A stretch of 64,000 bases of DNA from positions 77,897 through 141,896 of the forward strand of contig NZ_JAAEDL010000002.1 of assembly GCF_018129005.1 (NCBI RefSeq), read 5' to 3'. The position numbers and the translations under genes were made by a program. Numbering within the stretch: position 1 is the stretch's first letter; every line of letters begins with the position of its first letter. Shown one piece after another: positions 8,192 to 17,704 of the stretch. This stretch comes from Neoroseomonas eburnea (lineage in GTDB: Bacteria; Pseudomonadota; Alphaproteobacteria; Acetobacterales; Acetobacteraceae). The notes beneath the pieces are model-generated. The model saw only the letters and a program-made list of their open reading frames with translations, did not search any database and had not been told where the DNA came from.

Positions 8192-9553
8192 ATGATGCGG
8201 AACGCAGCCTGGCGGACCGGCGCGGCGGCGAGCCTGCTGCTGAAGGCGGCTGTGGTGCTGGCGGTGCTCCTGGCGGCACTGCCGGCGCTCGCGCAGCAGC
8301 GCGTGGCGCTGGTGGTGGGCAACGGCGCCTACCGCGCCGTGCCGCGGCTCGCCAACCCCGCGGCGGATGCGGCGGCGATCGCCGGCGCGCTGCGGGCCGC
8401 GGGCTTCTCGACCGAGCTGGTGCGGGATTCCGCCAAGGACGGGATGGAAGCGGCGCTGCGCCGCTTCGGCGTGGCGGCGGAAGGCGCGGAACTCGCGGTC
8501 TTCTACTTCGCGGGGCACGGCATCCAGGTCGGCGGCGAGAACTATCTCCTGCCCGTGGATGCCCGGCTGTCCCATGCACGGGACGTGGATTTCGAGCTGA
8601 TCGGCCTGCCGGTCGTGACCCGGGCGATGCAGCCGGCGCGGGCGCGCGTGCTGATCCTCGATGCCTGCCGCGACAACCCGCTGGCGGCGCAGATGCGCGG
8701 GTTGTCCGGCACGCGTTCGGTCGGGCGGGGGCTCGCGCGGGTCGAGACGGTGGACCTCGGCACACTGATCGCATTCTCCACCAGCCCGGGGGCGGTGGCG
8801 CTGGACGGCACGGGGCGCAACAGCCCTTTCACCGCGGCGCTGGTGCAGCACATGGCGACGCCGGGCATCGAGATCCGGCAGTTGATGACGCGGGTGCGCC
8901 GCTCCGTGGTCGAGGCGACGGGCGGCCAGCAGGTGCCCTGGGACAACAGCAGCCTGATCACCGAGGTGGTGCTGCGGCCCGGGCGCGCCCCCGCCGCGCC
9001 GGCCCCGCCGCCGGTCGCCCTGGCGCCGCCGGCATCCCCCGTGCCGCAACCCACGCCGCAGCCCGCCCCGCGCGGCCGTGAGGCCACCATCGCTCCGACG
9101 GCCCCGGCCGTGCCGCTGCGTTTCGCGGCAGCCCGGCAGGTGGCGGCGAGCCAGGGCATTCCCCTGCCGGCCGACCTGCCGGCCGAGGCCGGCCGCGGTG
9201 CCCACCCCCTGCTCGGTGCCTGGGGCGGCACGCCGCGCTGGAACCGGACCGCGCGCGACTATCTGCTGATCGTCCTCGCCGTGGATGCGGCGGCCGGCTC
9301 GGCGGACATCCTGCTCGCGGCCGGCCATGGCACGACGCGCAGTTTCTCCGAAGGGCTGCAGCCAGGCTGGAGCCGCCACCGCGCGGCGCTGCGCGGCGAT
9401 TCCCTCATCTGGCAGGATGCCCTGGGCGACAGGTTCGAGGCCCGCCGCAGCGACTTCTTCGGCGAGGCGGTGGAGATCATCCACCGGCGGTCGGGCAGCG
9501 GCGGCCGCATCGTGAACGCCCAGGGGCAGATCGGGCTGGGCCGGATCGAATAG
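8192..9553 (+). CDS. Secreted caspase-family (peptidase C14) protein with a Pro-rich linker and an uncharacterised C-terminal domain
   Basis: The N-terminal signal/TM is AAASLLLKAAVVLAVLLAALPALAQQ. The caspase His-Cys dyad context is YFAGHGIQ and LILDACRDNP. Then comes a PAAPAPPPVALAPPASPVPQPTPQPAP linker followed by a domain of about 160 aa with no family I can name. Confidence 0.8.
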   Translation: MMRNAAWRTGAAASLLLKAAVVLAVLLAALPALAQQRVALVVGNGAYRAVPRLANPAADAAAIAGALRAAGFSTELVRDSAKDGMEAALRRFGVAAEGAELAVFYFAGHGIQVGGENYLLPVDARLSHARDVDFELIGLPVVTRAMQPARARVLILDACRDNPLAAQMRGLSGTRSVGRGLARVETVDLGTLIAFSTSPGAVALDGTGRNSPFTAALVQHMATPGIEIRQLMTRVRRSVVEATGGQQVPWDNSSLITEVVLRPGRAPAAPAPPPVALAPPASPVPQPTPQPAPRGREATIAPTAPAVPLRFAAARQVAASQGIPLPADLPAEAGRGAHPLLGAWGGTPRWNRTARDYLLIVLAVDAAAGSADILLAAGHGTTRSFSEGLQPGWSRHRAALRGDSLIWQDALGDRFEARRSDFFGEAVEIIHRRSGSGGRIVNAQGQIGLGRIE

Positions 9554-9583
9554 GTCGCCGCGTCATACCAACGGCCGCCATTT

Positions 9584-9685
9584 GCGACCGCTGGCATCCG
9601 CCCTTTCGTGCCCTGAGACGCCGGGCGCAAACCTCCGGTTTGCCTGGCTTCGCCGGACCACCGGCGGGCCGCATTCCGGATCCGC
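9584..9685. repeat. Intergenic repeat family C, copy 1 (about 100 bp)
   Basis: The segment gcgaccgctggcatccgccctttcgtgccctgagacgccgggcgcaaacctccggtttgcctggcttcgccggaccaccggcgggccgcattccggatccgc reappears inverted at 30827-30921 with about 90% identity. It contains a small hairpin caaacc-tcc-ggtttg. Confidence 0.6.
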
Positions 9686-9721
9686 GGTCACGCCGCAAGG
9701 CAACGCGACCGGTTGCCCGTC

Positions 9722-9765
9722 GCGGCCTCGGCACGAGTCAAGAACTCGTGCCGCCGGTATCAGAT
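9722..9765. repeat. Repeat family D, copy 1 (about 44-bp conserved terminator hairpin that also supplies the stop codon of the DUF1489 gene)
   Basis: gcggcctcggcacgagtcaagaactcgtgccgccggtatcaga. The stem is ggcacgagt / actcgtgcc. A near-identical copy lies at 34955-34997. Confidence 0.55.
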
Positions 9766-10197
9766 CAGGCAGAGCTCCGCCAGGTCCCGCCGCAGCTTCG
9801 GCGGCAGCCTGTCCAGCCCGCGGGCGGCAGGGCGTTCCAGCGCGACGTCCGGCGGCGCTTCCTCCGGCTTGAGGTAGCGCCAGCCCTGGAAGGGCTTCAT
9901 CGGGCGCGCCTCCACCGGCACCAGCGTCGGGTCGAGCACCAGCGCCGCGCAGGCGGTGCCGTCGTCCCATTCCTCCTCGCGGATCTCGAGGATGCGCTGG
10001 CGCACCCGGACGAAGCCGGCGACCACCCAGTAGATCGAGCCGCCGTCGGTGACCTCCTCGATCCGCTTGGGGAACATGCGGGTCCAGGCGCGCAGCGGCG
10101 GGTCGGTGCGCAGGCGCTCCTGCTGGATCGCCGCCAGCGCGGCGACGTCCTTGGGCCCGACGGAGAGCTTGATCAGGTGCAGCACGGCCCCCTGCAT
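9760..10197 (-). CDS. DUF1489 family protein
   Basis: MQGAVLHLIKLSVGPKDVAALAAIQQERL...GSIYWVVAGFVRVRQRILEIRE matches the conserved alphaproteobacterial DUF1489 pattern. Start chosen at ATG 10197; the ORF extends further upstream to 10329. Confidence 0.55.
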   Translation of the reverse strand: MQGAVLHLIKLSVGPKDVAALAAIQQERLRTDPPLRAWTRMFPKRIEEVTDGGSIYWVVAGFVRVRQRILEIREEEWDDGTACAALVLDPTLVPVEARPMKPFQGWRYLKPEEAPPDVALERPAARGLDRLPPKLRRDLAELCLI

Positions 10198-10312
10198 GTC
10201 GCGCCGCGGGCCGAGTCGGCAAGCCCCATCCGTCGCAACGCTTCGTAACCGGCCGCGACGCCCCGGCGAAGTCCCGGCAGGAGCGGTCTTCAGGGCCGCG
10301 CCGGAGACCCCG

Positions 10313-11060
10313 ATGGCCCGTCCCGACATCCCGGCCGAGCACCGCCCGCGCCTCTATCGCTCGGCGCGGGACACGCCGCTCGATATCGTCCGCGGCTGGC
10401 TGCAGGTCTCGGTCTTCGGCGCCCATGCGGTGGGCTCGGCCTTGGGCGCCTGGGGCATCCACGCCGCCCGGCGGCTGTCCAAAGCTTCGGGGCAGTTCCT
10501 CTTCCTCTCGGGCTTCGTGCCCGGCTCGGTCCACACGCTCAAGGCGCATCGGAACGAGGTCGGGGCAGCCGGGCGGGACCCGCGGCAGCGGGCCGGCCGG
10601 GCGTGGCTGACGCACCGCCTGCTGTTCTGCATGTTCGGGGCGCTGATCCTCCGGGCCAGGATGGCCCTGCCCCTGGCCTTAGAGACCGTTTGGAAAGTCC
10701 GTCACCGGTCCGCACCCCCACCCGGCCACCCACGTCAGTATGCTCGAATGGGTGACCGGGTGGGGGTGCGAGCCGGTGACGGACCCGGAAACGCGCCGCG
10801 AGGGGCGTTTCCAAACGGGCTCTTGGAGGTGGACCGGCTGCAATGGCGGATGCTGGCGGATGCCCCCTGGACGGCGCTGCTGCTCCACAGGCCGAATTAC
10901 CACGATATCCTGCCGGTCTTCGTCCTGTGCATGCTCGCCTTGCCCGGCTTCCTGTGGCGGGTGGAGCGGGCGGGCGCGGCGGCGTGGCCGACGGGGATTC
11001 GGCTCGGTTCCGCTGCCGAGCCATGCCGGCCTAGGATGCGCGCGCAATCGAACGGGCGCG
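10313..11060 (+). pseudogene. Remnant of an acyltransferase-3 (OafA/OpgC-like) membrane protein gene interrupted by the repeat-B MITE
   Basis: The N-terminal RDTPLDIVRGWLQVSVFGAHA...GQFLFLSGF resembles the acyltransferase-3 motifs (R-x-D-x-L-R-G and FFV-SGF). The frame reads straight through the 141-bp palindromic element at 10682-10822 and then stops making sense before the sigma-factor gene. The total length is far too short for an intact 10-TM acyltransferase. Confidence 0.3.
10682..10822. repeat. Repeat family B, copy 1 (about 140-bp large palindromic MITE-like element)
   Basis: gagaccgtttggaaa-gtccgtcaccggtccgcacccccacccggccaccc-[loop]-gggtgaccgggtgggggtgcgagccggtgacggac-...-tttccaaacgggctc. 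The arms are near-perfect reverse complements. The second copy is at 37245-37373. Confidence 0.75.
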
Positions 11061-11062
11061 CC

Positions 11063-11617
11063 GTGACGGCAGCACAGGACGGCCGGTGGGAAGCATGGAT
11101 GGCGGCGGCGCAGGCGGGGGACGCCCGCGCCTACGACCTGCTGCTGCGCGACTGCCTGCCCTTGCTGCGCGCCATCGCCCGCCGCCGTATCGCCGACCGG
11201 CACGAGGCCGAGGACGCGGTGCAGGACACGCTGCTCACCATCCATCGCATGCTCGCCGCCTACGACCCCGCCCGCCCCGCCCGCCCCTGGATCGCCGCCA
11301 TCGCCGAGCGCCGCTGCGTGGACCGCCTGCGCCGGCGCGGTCGCGGCGCCGGGCGGGAGACGCCGATCGACGACCATGCCGAGACCCTCGCCGCCCCGCC
11401 CGGCACGACGGGGGAGGACCGCATCGCCGGCCGCCAGTTGCGCGATGCCGTGGCGGAGCTGCCCGAGAGCCAGCGCACCGCGCTGCGCCTCGCGAAGCTC
11501 GAGGATCTGCCGCTGGCCGAGGCGGCCGCGCGGTCCGGCCTGTCGATCGGCGCGCTGAAGGTGGCGACGCACCGCGCGCTGAAGACGCTGCGCCGGCGCC
11601 TGGGCGGGGAGGAGTGA
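11063..11617 (+). CDS. ECF (sigma-70 family) RNA polymerase sigma factor, SigF-like
   Basis: Region 2 is [38 protein letters not shown]. Region 4 is [46 protein letters not shown]. The start is GTG 11063 (the alternative is ATG 11099). Confidence 0.85.
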   Translation: MTAAQDGRWEAWMAAAQAGDARAYDLLLRDCLPLLRAIARRRIADRHEAEDAVQDTLLTIHRMLAAYDPARPARPWIAAIAERRCVDRLRRRGRGAGRETPIDDHAETLAAPPGTTGEDRIAGRQLRDAVAELPESQRTALRLAKLEDLPLAEAAARSGLSIGALKVATHRALKTLRRRLGGEE

Positions 11618-11619
11618 CG

Positions 11620-12282
11620 ATGGAGACCGAGGAGCTGATCGGCCGCCTCACCGCCGGGCTCCGCCCCGTGCGGCGCCTGCCGCATCCGCTGCGCCGCGCG
11701 GCCACGTGGATCGGCTTCGCGCTGGCCGTGATCGCCGTCTTCGTCGCCGCCTTCGGCCCGCGCCAAGACCTGATGGAGCGCCTCCAACGGCCGCACGAGG
11801 TCGCGCAGCTCCTGTTCTGCCTGGCGACCGGCGTGCTGGCGGCGATCGCCGCCTTCGAGCTCTCCCTGCCCGACCGGTCCGCGCGCTGGGTGCTGCTGCC
11901 GCTGCCGGCGGCGGCGGCCTGGGTGGCGAGCCTCGGCATGGGCTGCCTCGCGGACATCGCGCGGATGGGGCCGCAGGCGCTGGTGTTCGGCGCCTCCTGG
12001 GGGTGCTTCCGATTCATCGTTCTGATGGGCGTGCCGCTGGCGCTCTCGCTGGTGTGGATGCTGCGCCATGCGGGGCCGATCCGGCCGGTGCCCGTTGCCG
12101 CCCTGGGCGGGCTCGCCGGCGCGGCGTTGAGCGCGGTCGGGCTGTCGATCTTCCACCACCTCGACGCCGCGCTGATGGTGCTGGCCTGGCATGGCGGCAC
12201 GACGCTGCTGGTGGTGGCGGGCTTCCTGCTCGCGGGGCGCGCCTGGGGCGCGCGGTCGATGCCGGGCTTCACGGCAGCTTAA
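11620..12282 (+). CDS. NrsF-family (DUF1109) membrane anti-sigma factor
   Basis: It begins 3 nt after the sigma-factor stop. 220 aa with six predicted TM helices and a conserved Cys pair ([25 protein letters not shown]). The gene order sigF-nrsF matches the Caulobacter heavy-metal stress module. Confidence 0.7.
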   Translation: METEELIGRLTAGLRPVRRLPHPLRRAATWIGFALAVIAVFVAAFGPRQDLMERLQRPHEVAQLLFCLATGVLAAIAAFELSLPDRSARWVLLPLPAAAAWVASLGMGCLADIARMGPQALVFGASWGCFRFIVLMGVPLALSLVWMLRHAGPIRPVPVAALGGLAGAALSAVGLSIFHHLDAALMVLAWHGGTTLLVVAGFLLAGRAWGARSMPGFTAA

Positions 12283-12335
12283 GGCGGTACCCGCAGGATG
12301 GCTCCGTCCATCCAGCCCGGGGGGGGTCCCGTCCC

Positions 12336-14657
12336 ATGCGTGCGTTCCTGAACCTGCCAGTCGGCCTCAAGCTAGGTGCATCGGGCCTCGTGGCCCTGCT
12401 GATGCTCGGCGGTATCATCAGCGCGATCCATGTCACCGGCACGACGGTGCAGGAACGTCTGCACGAGCAGGAGCGCGTCACCGAAGCGGGCGCGCTGCTG
12501 TCGAGCGCCTCCACCTCGGCCGCGGAAGCGCCTGTCCATGCATTGACACTGCGCGCCGCCAACACGGCCGAGGAGGTGGAATCCTCCCGCGCAGCGGCGC
12601 TCGCCGCGGTCGAGGCGGCGGCGCGTCTCGCCGGCGAGGCCGCCGGCAAGGTCGGCGACGCATCGGCCGCGCGGCTGATGACCGAGGTCGGCACGCGTGC
12701 CGAGGCCTACGGCGCGGCCGTGAGCGAGCTGGCGCAGCAGCGCCTGGCCATCCTGCGTGCGCGGGACGAGGTCTTCCTGCAGCGGTCGATGGAATACGAC
12801 CAGGCCTTCGAAGGCGCCAACGCCACCATCGAGTTCGACCTCACCGGCCCGACGCAGGAGGATGTCCGCAACCGCTTCGTGTCCTTCCACCAGGGCGTGA
12901 ACGACATGCGGGCCTCGGCGCTGCGCTACCTCGCCACCGGGGATACGCGGCAGGCGCAGCGCGCACGGCGCAGCCTTGCGCAGGCACGGGTGCATGTGCG
13001 CGGCGCCGTCTCCGCCGCGCAGGCGCATGCCCGGGTGAAGGAGGAGCTGGAACGCATCGCCCGGCTGGCCGACCAGGCCGGAGAGGGTGCGATCGCCGCG
13101 ATCGACACCGGAGCGGCACTGCACCGCTACGCCGAGGAGACGGGACGACCCGCGCGCGATGCCTTCGGCGCGGCAGTGACCGCGGCGAATGCACGGCTCA
13201 GGGAGCTCGACCGCGGCTCGGCGGCGGCGGTGACCAATGCGCTCTCGCACCAGTCGAGCATCGTGTTCGGCGTGGCCGGCGGCATCGCTCTGGTGCTGCT
13301 GCTCTCGGCCTGGGTGATGACGCGCGCGATCGGCACGCCGCTGCGCCGCCTTGCCGGCGCGATCGGCGGGATCGCCGAGGGCCGCAGCGACATCGAGGTG
13401 CCGGACCGCGGCCGCCGCGACGAGATCGGCCGCATCGCCGAGGCGCTGGAAGGGCTGCGCGGCAAGGTGGCGGAGGCCTTCAGCCGCAGCCAGATGATCG
13501 AGCAGTTGCCGATCGGCGTGGTGGTGGCCAACCCGAATGACGGCTTCCGCATTTCCTATGCCAATGCCTGCTCGCTGGATCTCGCGCGTGGCATGGAAAA
13601 GGACATGCGCGTGAAGCCGGAGGAGATCGTCGGGCAGGCCATCGACATCTTCTACGACCGGCCCGCCGAGGCGCGCGCCATCCTCGCCGACGCCACCCGC
13701 CTGCCGCACAAGTCGCGCGTGCGCATGGGGGCGGAGGTGCTGGACCTCAACGTCTCGGCGCTGCGCGATGCGGGCGGTGCCTACAGCGGCGCGATGCTGG
13801 CCTGGTCGCGCGTGACCGAGCAGGCGCGGCTCGCCGACACCTTCGAGGAGGAGGTCGGCGCCGTGGTCAATTCCGTGGCGGCCGCAGCGGGGCAGCTCCA
13901 GCATTCGGCGCGCGCGCTGACCGATGCGGCGGCCGAGGCCGGGCGCGAGGCGGTCGCGGTCTCCGAGGCCGGCGCGCAGGCCAATGCGGATGTGCAGGCG
14001 GTCGCCGCCGCGGCAGAGGAGATGGCGGCCTCGGTCGAGGAGATCACCCGTCGCGTCTCCGAGGCCGCCGAGGTTGCCCGCCGCGCCGTCGCCGAGGCCA
14101 AGGCGACCGATTCCACCGTGCGCGGACTGGCCGAGGCGGCATCGCGCATCGGCGACGTGGTGCGGCTGATCGGCGAGATCGCCGGGCAGACCAACCTGCT
14201 CGCGCTCAACGCCACGATCGAGGCGGCGCGTGCCGGCGAGGCCGGCAAGGGCTTCGCCGTGGTGGCGAGCGAGGTGAAGAACCTCGCCGGCCAGACCGCC
14301 AAGGCGACCGAGGAGATCGGCCGCCAGATCGCCGAGATGCAGGGCGCGACCACCCAGGCGGTGGAGGCGATCCGCGCCATCGGCACCACCGTGGACCGCA
14401 CCAGCGACATCGCCACCGCCATCGCCGCCGCGGTCGAGGAGCAGGGCGCCACCACGCGGGAGATCGCGCGCAGCGCCGCGCAGGTGGCGCAGGCCACCGA
14501 CACGGTCGCGCGCAAGATCGAGGGCATCCGCGCCGCGGCGGATTCCACCGGGGAATCGGCCGGGGCCGTGCTGCAGGCTTCCGGCGCGCTGTCCGGCGAT
14601 GCCGAGACACTGCGGGCGCGGGCCGACGGCTTCCTTCGCGCGGTACGGGTCGCCTGA
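12336..14657 (+). CDS. Methyl-accepting chemotaxis protein with periplasmic sensor, HAMP, PAS-like and MA signalling domains
   Basis: Two TM segments flank a periplasmic helical domain of about 260 aa. HAMP is [24 protein letters not shown]-like segment follows ([26 protein letters not shown]...). The conserved MCP signalling core is [31 protein letters not shown]. Confidence 0.9.
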   Translation: MRAFLNLPVGLKLGASGLVALLMLGGIISAIHVTGTTVQERLHEQERVTEAGALLSSASTSAAEAPVHALTLRAANTAEEVESSRAAALAAVEAAARLAGEAAGKVGDASAARLMTEVGTRAEAYGAAVSELAQQRLAILRARDEVFLQRSMEYDQAFEGANATIEFDLTGPTQEDVRNRFVSFHQGVNDMRASALRYLATGDTRQAQRARRSLAQARVHVRGAVSAAQAHARVKEELERIARLADQAGEGAIAAIDTGAALHRYAEETGRPARDAFGAAVTAANARLRELDRGSAAAVTNALSHQSSIVFGVAGGIALVLLLSAWVMTRAIGTPLRRLAGAIGGIAEGRSDIEVPDRGRRDEIGRIAEALEGLRGKVAEAFSRSQMIEQLPIGVVVANPNDGFRISYANACSLDLARGMEKDMRVKPEEIVGQAIDIFYDRPAEARAILADATRLPHKSRVRMGAEVLDLNVSALRDAGGAYSGAMLAWSRVTEQARLADTFEEEVGAVVNSVAAAAGQLQHSARALTDAAAEAGREAVAVSEAGAQANADVQAVAAAAEEMAASVEEITRRVSEAAEVARRAVAEAKATDSTVRGLAEAASRIGDVVRLIGEIAGQTNLLALNATIEAARAGEAGKGFAVVASEVKNLAGQTAKATEEIGRQIAEMQGATTQAVEAIRAIGTTVDRTSDIATAIAAAVEEQGATTREIARSAAQVAQATDTVARKIEGIRAAADSTGESAGAVLQASGALSGDAETLRARADGFLRAVRVA

Positions 14658-14691
14658 CGCGGGGCCTTCCCACCCCTCACCGGCATGTCCT

Positions 14692-14723
14692 GGAGCGGTT
14701 TCCACCCGGGTGGGAACCGCTCC
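14692..14723 (+). terminator. Near-perfect 16-bp-arm palindrome downstream of the MCP gene (candidate terminator)
   Basis: ggagcggtttccaccc-gggtgggaaccgctcc, flanked by catgtcc direct repeats, 35 nt after the stop. Confidence 0.4.
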
Positions 14724-14838
14724 AGCCATGTCCCGGCCGGCATCTGCGCGCATGCGGCCGATTTCCAGCCATGCGCGATCTGCTCTAGACCCCCCTTCGC
14801 GCGGCACTGCGGCCGCGCGAAAGGTCAGGAGCTAGCGC

Positions 14839-15870
14839 ATGGGCTACCGGGTCGCGGTCGTCGGCGCCACCGGCGCGGTGGGGCGGGAGATGCTGAAGAC
14901 GCTCGCCGAGCGGAACTTCCCGGTGAGCGAGGTGGTCGCCCTGGCCTCCGGCCGTTCCGCGGGCGCCGAGGTCTCCTTCGGCGAGAAGACGGTGCTCAAG
15001 GTGCGGGACCTCGAGCGCTTCGATTTCACCGGCATGGATATCGGGCTGTTCTCGCCCGGCGCGGCGGTCTCCGCCGTGCATGCGCCGCGTGCGGCGGCCG
15101 CGGGATGCCTCGTGATCGACAATACCTCCCAATTCCGCATGGAACCCGGCGTGCCGCTGGTGGTGCCGGAGGTGAACCCGCATTCCATCGCCAGGCGGCC
15201 GAAGAAGGGGATCATCGCCAACCCCAACTGCTCGACCATCCAGATGGTGGTGGCGCTCAAGCCGCTGCACGACATCTCACGCGTGAAGCGCGTGGTGGTC
15301 GCGACCTACCAGTCGGTCTCCGGCGCGGGGAAGGAGGCGATGGACGAGCTGTGGTCCCAGACCCGCGGCGTCTTCGTCAACGACCCGCCGCTCGCGGAGC
15401 AGTTCACCAAGCCGATCGCCTTCAACGTCATCCCGCATATCGACCGCTTCATGGACGATGGCGCGACGAAGGAGGAATGGAAGATGGCGGTGGAGACACG
15501 GAAGATCCTCGACCCCGACATCCAGGTGATGGCGACCTGCGTGCGCGTGCCGGTGATGATCGGCCATGGCGAGGCCGTGCATGTGGAGTTCGAGAATCCG
15601 ATCACCGAGCGCCAGGCGCGCGAGGCGCTGCGCGACGCGCCGGGCATCACGCTGCTCGACAGCCGTGACGATGGCGGCTACGCGACGCCGCTCGAGATCG
15701 CCGGCGAGGATGCTGTGTTCGTATCGCGGCTGCGGCGCGACCCGACGGTGCCGAACGGGCTCGCCTTCTGGTGCGTGGCGGACAACCTGCGCAAGGGGGC
15801 GGCGCTGAACGCGGTGCAGATCGCGGAGGAAGTGCATCGGAACGGAAGCCTGAAGGTTGGGGGAGGGTGA
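14839..15870 (+). CDS. asd: Aspartate-semialdehyde dehydrogenase
   Basis: MGYRVAVVGATGAVGREMLKTLAERNFP...IANPNCSTIQMVVALKPL...ATYQSVSGAGK are canonical Asd motifs. Confidence 0.95.
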   Translation: MGYRVAVVGATGAVGREMLKTLAERNFPVSEVVALASGRSAGAEVSFGEKTVLKVRDLERFDFTGMDIGLFSPGAAVSAVHAPRAAAAGCLVIDNTSQFRMEPGVPLVVPEVNPHSIARRPKKGIIANPNCSTIQMVVALKPLHDISRVKRVVVATYQSVSGAGKEAMDELWSQTRGVFVNDPPLAEQFTKPIAFNVIPHIDRFMDDGATKEEWKMAVETRKILDPDIQVMATCVRVPVMIGHGEAVHVEFENPITERQAREALRDAPGITLLDSRDDGGYATPLEIAGEDAVFVSRLRRDPTVPNGLAFWCVADNLRKGAALNAVQIAEEVHRNGSLKVGGG

Positions 15871-15980
15871 ACCTCCCCCAGACCCCCTCCCTTTTCTGGC
15901 TTCTGGGAACTGACATCGGAAGTCAGCTCCCAAAGGACAAAAAAAGGAGGGGGACCGGGGGAGTTCACTCCCCCGGCCTT
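15852..15980. repeat. Repeat family A, copy 2
   Basis: gaaggttgggggagggtgaacctcccccagaccccctccc ... gggaactgacatcggaagtcagctccc ... ggagggggaccgggggagttcactcccccggcctt. It overlaps the last 19 nt of asd and the stop of the convergent DMT transporter gene. Confidence 0.75.
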
Positions 15981-16840
15981 TTCCCCTTCGGCCAAGCCAG
16001 CACCAGCCCCGCCGCGGCGATCAGCGCACATCCCGCCAGCGCCCATGCATCCGGGAACCGCGCGAACAGCAGCGCATCCAGCCCCAGCGCGAAGACGATC
16101 CGCGAATAGTGCCAGGGCGCGAGGCCCGAGACCTCCGCCCGCCGCACCGCCCCGGCGAGGCACAGCAGCGCCGCCGTCTGCACCGCGGTGTAGAGCGCGA
16201 CCAGCGCCAGCGCCGCCAGGTCCGGCGCCCGCCACAGGAAGGGCATCGCCGGGCCGAGCATCGTCACGCCGACCAGCGCGCCCTGCAGCGTCGCGTCCCA
16301 TTCGCTGGCGACGTCCCGGATGCGGCGCGTCAGCACCTGGTAGAGCGCGTAGATCAGTGCCGCCAGGACAGGCACGGCGGCGGTCCAGGTGAAGAGCTCG
16401 CCGTCCGGCCGCACCACCAGCAGCATGCCGCCGAAGCCGAGCACGACGGCCACCCAGCGGCGGCTGCTCACCTTCTCCCGCAGCACCACGGCACCGAGCG
16501 CGACCAGGATGATCGGGGCGGTGAAGCCGAGGGCCGAGGCTTCGGTCACCGGCACCAGCGCATAGCCGAGCACGGCGATGGTGGTGGAGACGATCAGCGC
16601 CACGCCCGCCAGGCGCTGGTCCCTTGCGCGTGCCGGCACGATCAGCCGGCGGACGGCCCCGGCCGGGTCGGCGGCGCGCGGCAGCCACAACGCGGCGGCC
16701 GCCAGCACCAGCACGGAACGCAGGAAGGTGATCTGCACCGGATCGAGCGTGGCGGAAAGCACCTTCGCCAGCGCATAGCCGAGCGTGTAGAGCGCGCCCG
16801 CCGCCAGCGTCAGCAGGATGGCGAGGACGGGTTGGCTCAC
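15965..16840 (-). CDS. DMT-superfamily (EamA-like) transporter
   Basis: Ten predicted TM helices with the two-repeat EamA architecture. GTG start at 16840 overlaps the upstream stop (GTGA). Confidence 0.75.
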   Translation of the reverse strand: MSQPVLAILLTLAAGALYTLGYALAKVLSATLDPVQITFLRSVLVLAAAALWLPRAADPAGAVRRLIVPARARDQRLAGVALIVSTTIAVLGYALVPVTEASALGFTAPIILVALGAVVLREKVSSRRWVAVVLGFGGMLLVVRPDGELFTWTAAVPVLAALIYALYQVLTRRIRDVASEWDATLQGALVGVTMLGPAMPFLWRAPDLAALALVALYTAVQTAALLCLAGAVRRAEVSGLAPWHYSRIVFALGLDALLFARFPDAWALAGCALIAAAGLVLAWPKGKRPGE

Positions 16841-17481
16841 CGGCTGTCCGGGTAGTTGCGGCCCGGCCGGGCGCGATAGGCCGGCAGCGACCAGCCGGTG
16901 ACGATCGCCACGGCGCGCGCGCCGAAGGCGAGCAGCCCGCCGAGACTCACCGCGACCTCCCGCGCCACGCCGGCGTCCTGCAGCAGGACGCAGACGAGGG
17001 CGCCGAGGGCGGCGGCGGTGGCGTAGATCTCCCGCCGCAGGATCAGCGGGATCTCGGCGCAGACGATGTCGCGCAGCATGCCGCCGGCGGTCGCGGTGAT
17101 GGTGCCCATCAGCACCGCGACCCAGAGCGTGGCGCCGGTCCGCAGCGCGGCTTCCGCCCCCAGCACGGCGAAGAGGCCGAGGCCGACCGCATCGGCCCAG
17201 AGCAGCACGACGAAACGGCGTTCCAGCAGATGCGCGGTGAAGAACACCACGAGGGCAAGACCGGCGGCGAGTGCGACCATGCCCGGCACCGCCAGCCAGA
17301 AGACCGGCTGGTTCAGGATGACGTCCCGCACCGTGCCGCCGCCGAAGGCGCAGAGGCAGGCCACCAGCATGAAGCCGACCGGGTCGAGCTGCTTGCGGGA
17401 GGCGCTGAGGGCGCCGGCGACTGCCAGCACGGCGACGGCGGCCCAGGTCAGCGCGGCGAGGAGGTCGTCGAAGACGATCAT
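16837..17481 (-). CDS. UPF0126/TRIC-family (trimeric intracellular cation channel-like, YadS-type) membrane protein
   Basis: 214 aa with two repeated glycine-rich TM motifs (CAFGGGTVRDVIL and TATAGGMLRDIVC) typical of the UPF0126 duplicated domain. Confidence 0.65.
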   Translation of the reverse strand: MIVFDDLLAALTWAAVAVLAVAGALSASRKQLDPVGFMLVACLCAFGGGTVRDVILNQPVFWLAVPGMVALAAGLALVVFFTAHLLERRFVVLLWADAVGLGLFAVLGAEAALRTGATLWVAVLMGTITATAGGMLRDIVCAEIPLILRREIYATAAALGALVCVLLQDAGVAREVAVSLGGLLAFGARAVAIVTGWSLPAYRARPGRNYPDSR

Positions 17482-17704
17482 GCGGTGGGCCGACGAGGGC
17501 GCCGCCCCCGAATCCCCGCCCGGGGGCCAAAAGGCCCCCGGCCCCCCATGACATGGGCGGGGCGCGCGACGGGAATGGTGCGTCCGTGATCGTTGCCGGG
17601 GCTGTCGAGCCCCCGCCGCACCCCGACCATGTCGAGGGTTCGAGGGGCCCTGAGCCCTTGGCGGGAGGGTTCCGGAAGGCAGCGCCCTCCCGAGGCGGCC
17701 GGCA

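Noticed and set aside
8035-9081. 348-aa plus-strand ORF (frame +1) overlapping the caspase gene
   Set aside because: It is an alternative frame of the same region with an Arg/Gly/Ala-rich low-complexity translation. The caspase frame carries the conserved catalytic dyad.
10049-11617. Single 522-aa ORF fusing the upstream region, the MITE and the ECF sigma factor
   Set aside because: The frame is open only by chance through the palindromic element. The sigma factor has its own start (GTG 11063 or ATG 11099) and the upstream part is a disrupted acyltransferase-like fragment.
12372-14807. 811-aa minus-strand ORF antisense to the MCP gene
   Set aside because: Same GC-driven antisense artefact. 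The plus-strand gene carries the conserved MCP signalling domain.
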